Positions 1-31,160 of a stretch of DNA of 64,000 nucleotides are shown piece by piece; position 1 is the first letter of the stretch; every line of letters starts with the position of its first letter. Origin of the DNA: Macrostomum lignano (lineage: Eukaryota); assembly GCA_002269645.1 (NCBI GenBank), contig NIVC01003717.1, positions 16,891 to 80,890 of the forward strand, written 5' to 3'. A program made the translations under genes and the position numbers. Below the pieces are notes generated by a model. That model had not been told where the DNA came from. It searched no databases and saw only the letters and a list, made by a program, of their open reading frames with translations.

Positions 1-2080
1 CGATGCTGAGCTCATTGACCAGCTCCTGGAAGGCCGTCCCGTGAGCGTGGTCAAATCTGCCAAGACCGACGGCTGTATCTTCATCTGGTGCAACTCGGAG
101 GAGAGCAACCGCAGTCTACGCGAGATTCTGCCGAAACTGAACTGGCCTAAGAAGCTCGGCAAGCTCGTCTTTGCCAGCGAGGGCGAGCGACAAAAGACCC
201 AGCGCTTTCGCTTCTGGATACCGGCCGGCAGTGTTATTAAGTCCGGAGATCAGCTTAGGCAGATCCTGCTAAAGCTCCTCGAGATCAACGGGATCCTACA
301 CCACACCACTTCCCGCTAGGAGAAGGGGGCCACGGTGATCCTAGGGCTCTCCGACGCTTGGGCTAAGCACTTGCCGCCTAAGTCGACGATCCACCTTGGT
401 TTGACTCAGCTGACCATTCTCCGTTGCGAGGAGCGGAAAGCTGACGAAGCCAAGCATGCTAGGAGGCTTCAGAAACCGGAACTAGGGCCCAGGCTCCTCC
501 AGCAAAGAAGCTGAGGCAAGCGGCTGACCCCAAGCCCGGTAAGGCAGTTTGCACCACAGACCTGCCAGGAGCACCCGGAGGTCCGGTCTGATTCAGCGCG
601 CGCTGGACAGCCCAGGAGCCTCCAGGCGTATCGTGAGCGGGTCCGCACTTCTCGCGCTCTACCCAACAGCCAGAAGGTCAGGCTGTCGGCGGGGAGGCGC
701 TAACCGACTGATTCGAGCCCGCTACTCACCAGGAGGCTGGCGTCATCCGCATCGACCTCCACCAACGAGGCTGAGGGGACGGGTAGTGACGGGAGGCGAC
801 GATAACGCCCACGCTGGTGTCACGCCCGAGGAGGACTCCTCAGCCACCCTAACTGCCGAGGACGCCGAAACTCCCATGGAGGTCTGCGGACCAACCACCT
901 CTGAAAAGGAGGAGGATGACCTGCTCCACGATTTCCCAAATGCGTGTTAATGTTCAGCAGCTAGGATATCCGATGCCTGCAGATCAACCTGCAGCACTGC
1001 GTCGCAGCCTCGGTCAACCTTATGCGTTACGCCGAGCTCGAAATGCCGGGGCTCATCCTTGTCGAGGAACCCTGATCCCTCAGAGGTAAGCCTCAGAACG
1101 CCTCTTCCGGCTGCAACTATTTCTATACTTACTCCCACAGGGCCAATCAGCCTCCCGGTGTCTAACAGGGACATCTGCGTTATCCAATCTGAGGACCTCC
1201 TTCCTGGGAAGACCACCCTCATTGCCTCGGTTTACCTACCAGGTGTTGCTGCTGTCGTCCCCAGAACCCTCGTTGCTCTGCCAAAAACTACGAGCTCATG
1301 GTTGCCGGCGACATAAATGCCCACCATACTCACTGGGGCAGCACGGGCATTAATCAGAGAGGCGAAGACTTCCTAGCCTACATTGCCTCGAGCTACGACC
1401 CTCGAGTTTTGCAACTCTGGGTCCACCCCTACATTTGACAACGCGGACGGTGGTCGGAGGTGATCGACGCCACTCTGGCAACACCCAGGCTCTACCAGAG
1501 TATTGGGGCCTGGCGGGTGCTTTCAGCGTCCTCACTCTCCGATCACAAGTTTATCTCCTTCAACCTGATGGCCGCGCGTAGCGCAAATCGTTTTACGTGG
1601 AGACGGAACGCCAGAAACATTGATTGGGAAACCTTCGAGTCGACCTAAAGGAGTTCCATCGGTTTTCCGAAATCGGAAGGATATTCGAGCCCTTGTCATG
1701 ACCTTTACGGGCCATGGCTACCTCGCCAGACACTGCTTCCTCTGAGGAGACCTCAAGAGTGAACTTTAACCTTTTTACGACGATGAAAATGCTCAGCACT
1801 TTGTTTGTCATTGCCCTTTGTTTTCCAGAGACCGGCTACGCTACCTCAGACCGAACCCGTCCATTGAAGAGGTCTGCCAGCCCGACAGCATCCCACGGCT
1901 CATCCAGTTCCTCTGGGCGACAAGACGAGCCAGTTTCTTCCCCAAGGTAGATCACGCTGCAGAACGGACAGGCGGATCAACCTGACGACCGGCCCCACGC
2001 CTCTGTCTGTCTGCAGGGCCTTCAGGGGCTAGCGGAATGGGCGACCCTCGCCTCCTCGCTGTATACGGACCACCCTGCAG
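1..2080 (+). mobile_element. Degenerate non-LTR retrotransposon (R1/LOA group): end of ORF1 plus ORF2 apurinic endonuclease, broken by frameshifts/stops and truncated before RT
   Basis: Pieced-together ORF2 translation gives APE motifs IRCLQINLQHC (965+), LVEEP, ASVYLP, GDINAHHTHWGS...N.RGEDFL, IDATL, SDHKFISF. ORF1 ends in an acidic tail at TAA 948-950 overlapping an ATG (TAATG). Confidence 0.85.
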
Positions 2081-2998
2081 CTACATGTAAGTCAAAGTAG
2101 ATTACGTACATGTACATATAAGCAAATATGCTTGAATGTGACATGCGTATAGTTTTGAATAACTGCACATCCATTTGAAAATATTTAATATCGAGTCAGT
2201 CATTGACCAGCTACAACCGTGTCTAAGATTTGACCGGCCAGTGTTGAGGCGGCTGGCGGCTGAAAATGCAGAGTTTTTGCTAATGTGTTCTCATAATATA
2301 TAAATCTCGTCTCATATATATACTCGTAATTATACTACAATAAATAATACATGTACATGCAGTATATTGGGGGACGCAATTTATAAAAATTAACTACGAT
2401 GTAGACAACAGGAAAAGTCGATCGGCTACTGTTCATATATAAGCATGCTGCTATGCATGTCTGCTGTATAAGAATCCGTAAAAACTTCTGCTTTGCAATA
2501 GACTTTGATTGTCAGCGTATCAAAGCTATTTATTTTATATTGAAAAAATTAATTTGAAAGAAAAAATGTACACTAATCTTTTTTGACAACAGAAAATTGT
2601 ATACGTAATACTATCTATAAAAATACTACCGACAAAGTACATGCTAGAAGCATATAAGAAACATGTAGCTACGTGTACATTTGCTTTAGGATTTTTTAAT
2701 TATAAATTTCCATTGCAGTAATCTTACAGTTTTAATTATTTAAAAACATACAATGCGCTATGTATTTGAAAATAATATTTCTATACTCAATGATTTATTG
2801 CCCTAAAAATACCGCTACATAAAGCTTTAATTATTTTTACCAATTTGCTAAGTGTACTATGAATGTTGTGCTGACCCAATTCAGAACGCCTTGTTCTAAG
2901 CAGGACATGAATATATTGCAGTAACATGAGCTGAAGATAACTTAAGCAATCTCCATCGAACACGCGTTCCTTTGTGCACAATTGATTAATTTGGTTAG

Positions 2999-21833
<18,835 letters not shown>

Positions 21834-21949
21834 CTCATCGTCTTGTGGAATCGTCTTGGAGTTCGCCGCGGTGTTGTTGTCGCCATTGGGACGTTCCGTC
21901 TGGGGCGGTGGTGAGCAATCGGACGGGGATTTATTGCTCTGCTCATAAT

Positions 21950-22670
21950 GTTGTTTATTCGTCTGCTCATAAAGCTGGTGATCATTCGTCTGCTCATAAA
22001 GTTAATCATTCGTCTGCTCATAAAGTTAATCATTCGTCTGCTCATAAAGTTAATCATTCGTCTGCTCATAAAGTTAATCATTCGTCTGCTCATAAAGTTA
22101 ATCATTCGTCTGCTCATAAAGTTAATCATTCGTCTGCTCATAAAGTTAATCATCCGTCTGCTCATAAAGTTAATCATCCGTCTGCTCACAAAGTTGATCA
22201 TCCGTCTGCTCATATGCTTAATCATCCGTCTGCTCATAAGGTTATTCAACCGTCTGCTCATTTGGTTAATCATCCGTCTGCTTATTAAGTTAATCATCCG
22301 TCTGCTCATAAGGTTAATCATCCGTCTGCTCATAAGTTTAATCAACCGACTGCTCATAGACTTAATCAACCGTCTGCTCATAAGGTTATTCAACCGTCTG
22401 CTCATAAGGTTATTCAACCGTCTGCTCATAAGGTTATTCAACCGTCTGCTCATAAGGTTATTCAACCGTCTGCTCATAAGGTTATTCAACCGTCTGCTCA
22501 TAAGGTTATTCAACCGTCTGCTCATAAGGTTATTCAACCGTCTGCTCATAAGGTTATTCAACCGTCTGCTCATATGGTTAATCACCCGTTTGCTCATAAG
22601 ATTAAATCATCCGTCTGCTCATGTTAAATCATCCGTCTGCTCATGTTAATCAACCGTCTGCTCATAAAGT
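21950..22670. repeat. 24-bp minisatellite (TCGTCTGCTCATAAAGTTAATCAT) at the CNT 5' end
   Basis: Seen directly; gives the MSRRLNNL pseudo-ORFs. Confidence 0.95.
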
Positions 22671-23811
22671 AGTCATGCATCATTCGGCAACCAGAGATGC
22701 AAGAATGGCTAAAATTCAGTCAATTTTAGTCATTCCTCATAAAAAACGACTCATGTAGGCACTACTAATAAAAGTATTAAATAAACTCACAAGCGGTAGA
22801 ACTTGATTGACAGCGGGCATGGCTGCGGTAACCTGTCGCTTATTTTTGTCTTTTTGATAAACTATAGTTCACCTCAACAGAACTTCAAAGGTTTTAGTGA
22901 GTTTCAATTTACAAATCTTAAATTTTCGATCTTGTATAATTGTAACATAGGTTGCTAGGGCACCCTATATACAATTTCAAAGTTTGCTTATAGTTAGCAT
23001 ATATTACAATATATTACCCAGCAAGATTCGCTCTATAGCGAACCAATCAGCTGCTTTTCAACCGCTGAAAGTCAGTTTGCCACTACGATAGCGATAAAAA
23101 GCTACCTAAATAGTAGATAAAACGGCTCGTATCATTGCCCCGTGAATCTCTTATCCGCTTAAGTCAACGTCGACGATAGAAAATTCTGAAATGAGAAGCC
23201 AACTTTGCGTAGATTGAGAACTGCAGCAGTTAAAGATTTAAAGTGTTAACCTTTCGTAACCTTTCCTAACCGGGGGGGGGGGGGGTATCCGCCATTTTTT
23301 GATCGAAGCCTTTTGCGATTTTCTTATACATGACACGGATTTACATACTTTACATTACGTTAAATTCAATTACATACATGTACATGCAACATTACTTTTA
23401 CGTCATATGCGTCGCTGCAAGGGAAACTCTTAAACTGCACAGTAATTAGTGAGTTTTTCTTTAAAAAACTATTTTACATAATTGATTTCCTTATATACAA
23501 AACAGCTTAGTTGCATGACGCATTCTGTAAGCAGGAATTCATTCATTTCATCTGGCCTAGTTAACAGGCACTTTCTCATAAATCCGAACAGTTGCAATGT
23601 TGCTTTTGGCCAATACAATCGACCTATTAAAGGGCTCGGGTTGATGATGGCGTCTGCGTAGCTGCGTTTGCTTTTTGGGCAGATCGCAAACAGAGTCAGG
23701 TTCACGTACTAAGTAGCTCGTAGTTAGCATGTGTGTGCAAAATAGCTATTCATTTCCGCTGAATGCGATGTTAACAAGCTTTCGCGGACTGAACCCTTGA
23801 TTTGCTCTTTA

Positions 23812-24030
<219 letters not shown>

Positions 24031-24462
24031 GATACTAGGTAGACCAACAATAGCGACTGTACAAGGTCAAAAAATACATTTTTATTCTTTTCTTACTTGC
24101 CTCCCCAACGGGGGGCGCAGATTGCTAGTTCATGGTTAAAAATTGAAGGCAAATGTTACAAACTGTGGTGCCAGCGCTATCGCTGTGTGTATACGGTGGT
24201 TTCTAATAGTTACCATCTACTCGCACAAAGTAGATCTTAGCTCAATAGGTGGCATTGTGAAACATTGCACTATCTAGTTATTATCTATAACTTCAAAGTG
24301 GGGTCTAGCTAACACCACTGAATTGAAAGACGAAAGTAAAATTGTGTGAAAAACTACTCGCTACGTGGTCTTCTGACTGGAGTGGTTTGTAGTGTGAAAC
24401 CTGTTTGAGTAGGCCTCGCCTTATCAGCAATATGCATGACTTAGGCAGTATACGTTATTTAC

Positions 24463-24535
<73 letters not shown>

Positions 24536-25043
24536 TTTAACAACAAAAAATATGCAACCCCGCATGCAAAATCAGTTAAAGCAGGGCGCGTCAGATGGCG
24601 CGCCGCAGAGCCTGGGAGCGAACAAAGTCCGCCCCGTTTGCAGTGTCGGACGCCCCAGCGTCGCACAGCAGGCAGTCCACGTATCGACGGGTTCGGGCCT
24701 GACCCCGCCTGAGCGGGCCCTGTAAGGTAAGCAGCAGGATGTCCTGAACAGGTTGGGGGCAGTAGCCCTCGGCCGGGATCACGTGGCCCGCCAGTTGAAG
24801 TCGCCGCCGGCGCAGGATGGTGGACGGGCGCTGCAGCTTGGCCCGATCGTACAGGGCCTCGGTCCCGACGCTCTCGTCAGCTCGAAAGGCCGCACGGAGC
24901 AGTCCTGAGTGCGCCGAGTCCAGCTGCCGCTCTAGCGTAGCCGTCAGCGTCCACGTCTCGGCGTTGTAGAGCAGGACGGTTTCGACCACCGCCTGCCACA
25001 GCCGAGCCCTCTGGCGGTCGGGCAGCGCTTCGGATTGGATGAC

Positions 25044-26560
25044 TTACTTACTTACTACTGACGGGGGGCGCAGGCGCCGCGAATAGGCCGCGAGGCCCCT
25101 ATCGCAACCCCAAGGTAAAAGAGCACAAGGATTAGCCTTGGGGGTGCGCCCAGTCCCCGCCAGTAGTCGGCAGGTCCGCAGTGGAGGCATCGGCGACCCT
25201 CATCCGGCCGGAGTCCCGGACGAAGGCGCGGAGGTCTCGGATATTGTCCGCGGTGGTCAGCTCGTCCATCCGCTGGGGGTGGCCGAGGTATTTGTGCCGC
25301 GCCTTGTTGAAGTAAGGGCAGAAGGTGACGTGATGCTCCGCGGTCTCCTCTCCTATGCCACAGAAGGGACAGGTGGGAGGGCAACCGGTTTGCAACGATA
25401 TATGTCTCTGGAAGAATCCGTGGCCGGTTAGGACCATGCACATCTCCCTGAGGTCGGTTCTGTTAAGCGAAATCAGATAATCAGAGACTTTCCTGTTCAG
25501 GTTAGGCATGGCAGAGCGGCTCTGCCTGTACTCGGTGCAGCTGTTCCAGTGGAGCTGGTGCTGCTGATGGAGCCACCTGTTGATATGGCGGGTGACTTGC
25601 GACCTGGGGGTGGGTAGCCTCATCAGACGGTGGTTGCCGTCTGGGTTGCTGCCCTCCTTGGCGAGAGAGTCCGCGAGCTCGTTGCCCAGGATGTTGCTGT
25701 GACCAGGTGTCCAGATAATTCTAATCCTGTTAAGGACTGAGAGAGATTGCACACTGCGGTGGCATTGAGATACTGTAGCAGCGGAGATATTCTCAGTGGT
25801 TAAGGCCTTAATAGCAGCTTGGCTATCAGTGTAGAAATTAATGTCAAAATTATTAATGTTCGCCTGAAACAGTTGCTGGGCACACTGCTCAATGGCGCAA
25901 ATTTCAGCTTGGAAAACTGAGGTGTTCTCACCGAGGTGCAGACTTTCCTGGAGAAGCATCTTACCCTCGTGGAAAATGGCAATACCCGCTCCAGCGCGGC
26001 CGTTGAACAGCGAGCCGTCGGTGAAGCAGTGAATGCCCTGGCTGCGCCGGTTCACACCGACATCCAGCGGAATGTTGTCTCGGCCAGGGATGGCGGTCTT
26101 GAAGCCCCTCCTGATGTTGAGGGCGGGAGGTCGACTATCCACATTGCCCAGGTCCATGTGGATGTTGTTAAGGTCGCGGCGGACAAAGTCCATATGCGGG
26201 ATTAATGTTTTCATTGGCATAAAGCCAGAGGGCGCGTTATTTAACGTTTTATCTCTGATAAGCCGGGAGGCAGACTTCATAGCCTTCGCCCTAATAAATA
26301 GGTGAAGCGGAGGTAGGTTAAGAATAGTGTTCAGCCCCTCGTAAGGGGTGGACGGGTACGCACCTGTGATGGCACGGCAAATGCTGCCCTGAAGCTGGTA
26401 CAGCCGCTGACGGGCGGCCTTCTGCTCCAGCACGCTAGTCCAGATGAGACTCGCGTATGTGATACTGGGCCGGATGATGCCGGTATAAATCCAACGGACC
26501 GTTCTAGGCGAGAGGCCCCAAGTCGGCCCGATGGCTCTGCGCAGCTGGGCAAAGCAGCGT
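25044..26560 (-). mobile_element. 5'-truncated LOA/R1-group non-LTR retrotransposon (RT C-terminus, RNase H, CCHC finger) nested in the RTE
   Basis: Open frame to stop 25132: [23 protein letters not shown], RNase H FTDGS / FQAEICAI / [11 protein letters not shown] / [23 protein letters not shown]...ETAEHH. (TAAG)n tail; 9-bp TSD TTGGATGAC at 25035-25043 and 26561-26569. Confidence 0.93.
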
Positions 26561-26879
26561 TTGGATGACGGCCCGGATTGAACGGAAGGCTGCCAAGGTA
26601 AGTCCTCGGCGCCGCCGTAGGTATTCCTCCACGTGAGGCACCAGACCGCCGAGGTAGGTGAACCGCTAGCAGCGTGCGAGCCTGGTCGTCTGCCCGTCTG
26701 CGCCGCGGCACGTCAGGTCCGCTGGGATGTAGGCCGGCACAGTCAGCACCTCGGTCTTCAGCGTGTTGACAACCAGACCGACGCTCCATGCCACCTCGAC
26801 CAGCCTAGCTGTCGATCTGGCGCTGGGCGCCTTCAACGGACGAGGACAGGAGGGCGAGGTCATCGGCGTAGCCAAGCAC

Positions 26880-26962
26880 TTGACTTAGCTTGACTTAGCT
26901 GCAGGGGGCTCTGTGCGTCCGGAAACAGAGTGGAGGCGTTGCCACCCATTTCGCTAACCCCT
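26880..26962 (-). mobile_element. 83-bp retroposed 3'-end fragment (LINE/SINE tail) inserted in the RTE YADD motif
   Basis: 15-bp TSD GGCGTAGCCAAGCAC at 26865-26879 and 26963-26977. Tandem tail (GCTAAGTCAA)2; small hairpin CTCTGT-N10-ACAGAG. Confidence 0.85.
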
Positions 26963-28248
26963 GGCGTAGCCAAGCACGCTCAGGCGCTTTTCGCCGTGGC
27001 GGCGACCGATGCGTCTGCGCAGCAGGAAGCCGTCGTCAGCCGAGGGGAGTGCGGTCCGAAGCACCCAGTCCAGCAGCAGCACGAAGAGGAACGGCGCCAG
27101 CGTGTCGTCCCGCAGAACTCCTGCATGAAGTGTCGAACAGGTCAGACAGGCTGAGTGTCGCAATACAGCGCCATGACAGCGTCGACTAGCTGCTGGGGTA
27201 CCCGGTAGGCTCGAAGACAAAAGGAAGCGCGGCTCTCAGCACCGAGTCAAATGCGCCTTGCGAAAGTCAACAAAGACAATGATCAGCGTAGACTGGCGGA
27301 TGTGCGCCTCCTCGATGACACGGCGGAGTGCAAGGATCTGTGTCACTGTACCGTGTTGCGGCCGGAATCCGTTCTGCTCGTACCGCAGGTACGGGTCCAG
27401 CACCGACAGCAGACGATCGAGCAGCAGCCGGTTGAAGAGCTTCGCGGTGCAGGGCATCAGCGAGATCCCGCGGTGGTCTTCTTTCCGCGTTGTCCCTGCC
27501 AATTCTTCGGCGAGTTTGAGCGCCTTCTAGACGAGCGGCAGCAGGCCGCTGTCGACGACGCCGTTCCGCGTCCATCACTGCAGCCGGCCCAGACGTGAAG
27601 AGCTGCGCAGTGTGGACGGCCGTCCGGACTCTAACGCGGCGCAAAAAGCGCGTGGCGCTGAATCTGGCCGGTGACACCTCGGAGGAGCGCAGAAAGGAAT
27701 TGCGCGATTTCTTTCTTCGCTGGCATCGTGAACGCGCCCGCGTCGCCGCTGCCCGCCAGCTTTGCGCTCCCACTGGACACGCTGCTCCCAGCTGAGGAGG
27801 ACTTCTGCACCAGACCAGTCACCACGGAGGACGTTGTGCTGTTCGCTCGGAAAAATTAAATGCGGCAAGGCGCTCGGTCCCGACGAAGTCCCGCCGGTCG
27901 AGGCGCTGCGGCTCCGCTGTGTGGCCTCCCAGGTCACAAGCGTCATGAACCGCGTGCTCGCCGGCGCCCCCGTGCTCACCGAGTGGACCGTCGCGCACAT
28001 CGTGCCGACTAATAAGGATGTTTCCCAATTGTGTGTCTTGTACAGTATAAATACATGTGTACTCCACAGGTACATAACATGTTAGACACCATATGCGTTT
28101 AACCACATTCTCTATACTTAAAAAAGATATTTACGTAACAATAATGCAACAATAATTAACACAAGTTTTGCTATCTCAATATTGAAGTCATATTCTCGGG
28201 AGCTCGAGTGGAGTGAATGACGACTAGTGTAAATTTTCATATATTTAA

Positions 28249-30810
28249 CCTCTACGCGACGGGTGGGGTTTAGCATCACCCCTGTCGCCGACGGCTGTCC
28301 CGAAATCGGGACATAGACTATTGGAGAGTCGCTAGAGTTGCTGCTGCAGCACCCCCTTTCCCGCCGGTTTCTCTCTGTCGCGACTGTCGTAGTCATTTCT
28401 TCAGTTCATCTGCACTTGTCTCTGTTTACTGTTTCTTCCCTCTTGGTCCAGTTCAGTCTTGTTATTTTTATCTGTTTCCATCGCTGCCTTCTGATTGGCT
28501 CTTCAACCTCGCCTCTTTTTTAGTCACGAGTTCCACCCCCTCATTTTATTATCTTCACTCCCCCCCTAGTTTAATGTCTTTTAAATATATTCGTTTAGGG
28601 CCCTGTCCAATTACAATTAAATAGCCTCTCTTATTTTTCCTGCACTTTCACTCTAACTATATATTTACTGTCTCACTGGCTGCTGCGCTTCCTCGCGTTG
28701 TTCTTGCCATGGAATCTGAAAACGAATACGCAGAAATTTTCACTGATGACGACTCGCTGGAGTCGCTAGATGGAGTCGAGGACGAGATTACGGAGGAAGA
28801 AGGCGAAGAAGCAGAAGAAGAAGAAGAAAGCATGCAGACAGAGGAAGTTGGTGATGTACCAGAGTGGCAGTTTGTTCAGGCTGGAATGGATGCTGTGCCG
28901 AATGAAGCCGAGTTTCTGGGAACACCAGGGGTTCGCCCAGATTGGAGGCCTCCAGCTTCAGCTGATGGAAACGAAGAGGAGTTTCTGCGTCTGTACCTCA
29001 CTGATGGAATTATTGCAAGCGTGAAAACCTGGACGAATCGTAGGGCGTGGAAGATATTCGAGGAGTGCGCTGACGAAGAGCAGTTGCCGAAGCTGGTAAA
29101 GAACTGGAAAGATTGTACAGACGATGAGGTGAGGAAGCTGTTCGGGATTGTTCTGTTGATGGGCCTGGACAAAAAGCCGGAGATCAGCAGCTACTGGAGC
29201 CAGGACCCTGTTTTCAATTGCTCCTTTCTGTCCATGCCCAATGCCCTCTCGAGAGATAGGTTCAAGCAGCTGCTTTCCTGCCTTCGTTTCTACGACTGCA
29301 CGGATGTTCAGGAAGGGCCCTTGGCCAAAATCCAGCCATTTTTACACCAGCTGCAACAGGTGTGCAGCAACAATTACATGCCGCGTCAGCACATTTCCGT
29401 GGACGAAACGCTCGTCTTGTACAAGGGGCGTCTGCTGTTCAAGCAGTACATCCCGACTAAGAGCAGATACGGTGTCAAGCTGTACTGCCTGTGCGAGTCG
29501 GAGACTGGCTACTTGTGGAATTTCGCAGTCCACTCCACGGAGCACGCGAATGCACAGTTTGGACTGGGACTCGAGTGCGGCGGCCTCTCTATTAGTGAGC
29601 GAATTGTGGCCGAGCTGTGCCGTGAACTCCTGCACATGAATTATAACGTGTTCACGGACAGCTGGTTCACGTCGCATCGGCTGGCCGTTTGGCTGCCAGC
29701 AAATGGAACTCGGCTGACCGGCACTGTGCGCAGCAATCGAGGCGTCCCGCAGTTGCTGCAGCAACTGCAACTGCGACCGACTGCGGCGGCTTTCGCGAGG
29801 AACGGTGAGGTGCTCGCTTGTAAGTTCGTGGACAGGAAGAGCAGCGGAACAAAGACCGTGTATCTCCTGGACACTGCTGGGCAGGCTGCCTGTGTGAACG
29901 TGCCACGAGTCCGTCGGGGAGGCGAGCAGCAGGTGATCGCGAAGCCAGTGACAGTGGTCACCTACTCGAAGAGTATGGGCGGCGTGGACCGTATGGATTC
30001 GGCAGCGAACCCCTACCTGGCCAGCCGGAAAACGCTGCGCTGGTTTCAGAAACTCGCGTTTTACCTGCTGCTGCTTCTGGTTCGTAACTCGTGGATCGTC
30101 TACCGCCAGCACGGAGGTACCAAGACTTTCGTGGCGTTTCTGCGCAAAGCGGTCAGTATTTTGGTGGAGGAGACTGGCAGGGGCAGGCGCCATTTCGCTG
30201 TCAGGGCAGGCCGTCCTGCAGCAGTCGGACCGGCAGGTGACGGCCCTGCAGTACAGCATTTGCCGACCAAAGCTCCATTGAACGCTGCCAATGTTCGGCC
30301 GCGCAATCGATGCCGCGTGTGCAGCGAGAACCGAATCGCGAAGAAGACCGTGTACATATGCCCTGATTGTCCGGGAGTACCAGCACTTTGCATAGGCCAG
30401 TGCTTTAGAAACTGGCACAGCCAACCGCACTGACTGTTACAGACCTCGTCTTCATGTTTTTTTCTTCCACACCCCCGGTTGACTTTGCTCTCTCCATTCC
30501 TAACCCGCTCTCCTTTTTGTCCCCACCCTTGAATAAAATTAAAGTAAATATTTATGGAGTACCCTTACAAGGAGCTTTCCGTTGCTATGGTGTCAATCCA
30601 AAATTATCTGTTCTAATCCTGGTTCTGTTCTGTTAGCACTTTCACTTGTTTTAAATTAAAATAAAGCAGTGTGTCCCGTTTTTGGGACATAGCCGTCGGC
30701 AACGGCAGTGCAGCGCAGCTGCAGTTTTGACCATAGAACTTAGTTTTAAGTTTTCGGCTGCAGCAGAAGTGGCTGCTTGTCCCGTATTCGGGACATCCGT
30801 CGGCTTACCG
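28249..30810 (+). mobile_element. Apparently full-length piggyBac DNA transposon
   Basis: TTAA at 28245-28248 and 30811-30814. Shared terminal/subterminal motif (GC)CGACGG-N-TGTCCCG-N4-CGGGACA at ~28287-28313 and inverted at ~30671-30700 and 30780-30804. Single long transposase ORF. Confidence 0.88.
28709..30433 (+). CDS. piggyBac transposase, 574 aa, uninterrupted
   Basis: Acidic N-terminus; DDD triad ISVDETL / VFTDSWFTS / MGGVDRMD; KYGVKL-like RYGVKLYCLCES; C-terminal cysteine-rich domain CRVC...CPDC....LC...CF..WH. Confidence 0.95.
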   Translation: MESENEYAEIFTDDDSLESLDGVEDEITEEEGEEAEEEEESMQTEEVGDVPEWQFVQAGMDAVPNEAEFLGTPGVRPDWRPPASADGNEEEFLRLYLTDGIIASVKTWTNRRAWKIFEECADEEQLPKLVKNWKDCTDDEVRKLFGIVLLMGLDKKPEISSYWSQDPVFNCSFLSMPNALSRDRFKQLLSCLRFYDCTDVQEGPLAKIQPFLHQLQQVCSNNYMPRQHISVDETLVLYKGRLLFKQYIPTKSRYGVKLYCLCESETGYLWNFAVHSTEHANAQFGLGLECGGLSISERIVAELCRELLHMNYNVFTDSWFTSHRLAVWLPANGTRLTGTVRSNRGVPQLLQQLQLRPTAAAFARNGEVLACKFVDRKSSGTKTVYLLDTAGQAACVNVPRVRRGGEQQVIAKPVTVVTYSKSMGGVDRMDSAANPYLASRKTLRWFQKLAFYLLLLLVRNSWIVYRQHGGTKTFVAFLRKAVSILVEETGRGRRHFAVRAGRPAAVGPAGDGPAVQHLPTKAPLNAANVRPRNRCRVCSENRIAKKTVYICPDCPGVPALCIGQCFRNWHSQPH

Positions 30811-31160
30811 TTAAGCAACGTCAGTTAAATATCTCTAAATTGATTTGGTATAAACGTTAATACTGAAGTTTTTTATCTGCAAGTTTAAATTATAATTAAA
30901 AAAAATTTAGATACTTTAGATGGTGGCTATATTTTAAAATTATATGTATGGCGTATGGCGTACATATATGCGTATGATGTATGGCGGCTCACCCATGCAG
31001 CCAGGAGCCAGTTGACACTTAATAAAATTGTCCTATCCTAGTCTTCGAAGCCTGCTATTGCTATGGCGTTTTAGATATTTTCTACTATTTCATTTGTGTG
31101 TTTCCTGCTCATATTTGATAGTTCATAGAAATTCATTAGGTTTAGGGCCTAGTTCATATT

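Larger units (their letters stand above)
24463..28007 (-). mobile_element. RTE-clade non-LTR retrotransposon, 5'-truncated with inverted 5' segment, (TAAC)n tail, two nested insertions
   Basis: Minus-strand RT pieces: GTTRKEDHRGISL, EQNGFR...TVTQILALRRVIEE, VFVDFRKA, GVL.DDTLAPFLF, YADDLAL, FTYLGG, VETVLLYNAETW. Tail (AGTT)n on plus at 24463-24535. Segment ~27500-28007 encodes the preceding linker/RT start (LNLAGDT, KALGPDEVP..EAL, EWTVAHIV) on the opposite strand. Confidence 0.9.

Noticed and set aside
2080-2680. Recurrent TACATGTA palindromes
   Set aside because: Short AT-rich palindrome without TIR/TSD structure; cannot be distinguished from background here.
23469-23800. Short minus-strand ORFs next to (GATA)n
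   Set aside because: No recognisable homology or splice structure.
29342-30430. 362-aa antisense ORF in piggyBac
   Set aside because: Shadow of a GC-rich coding strand; no recognisable motifs.
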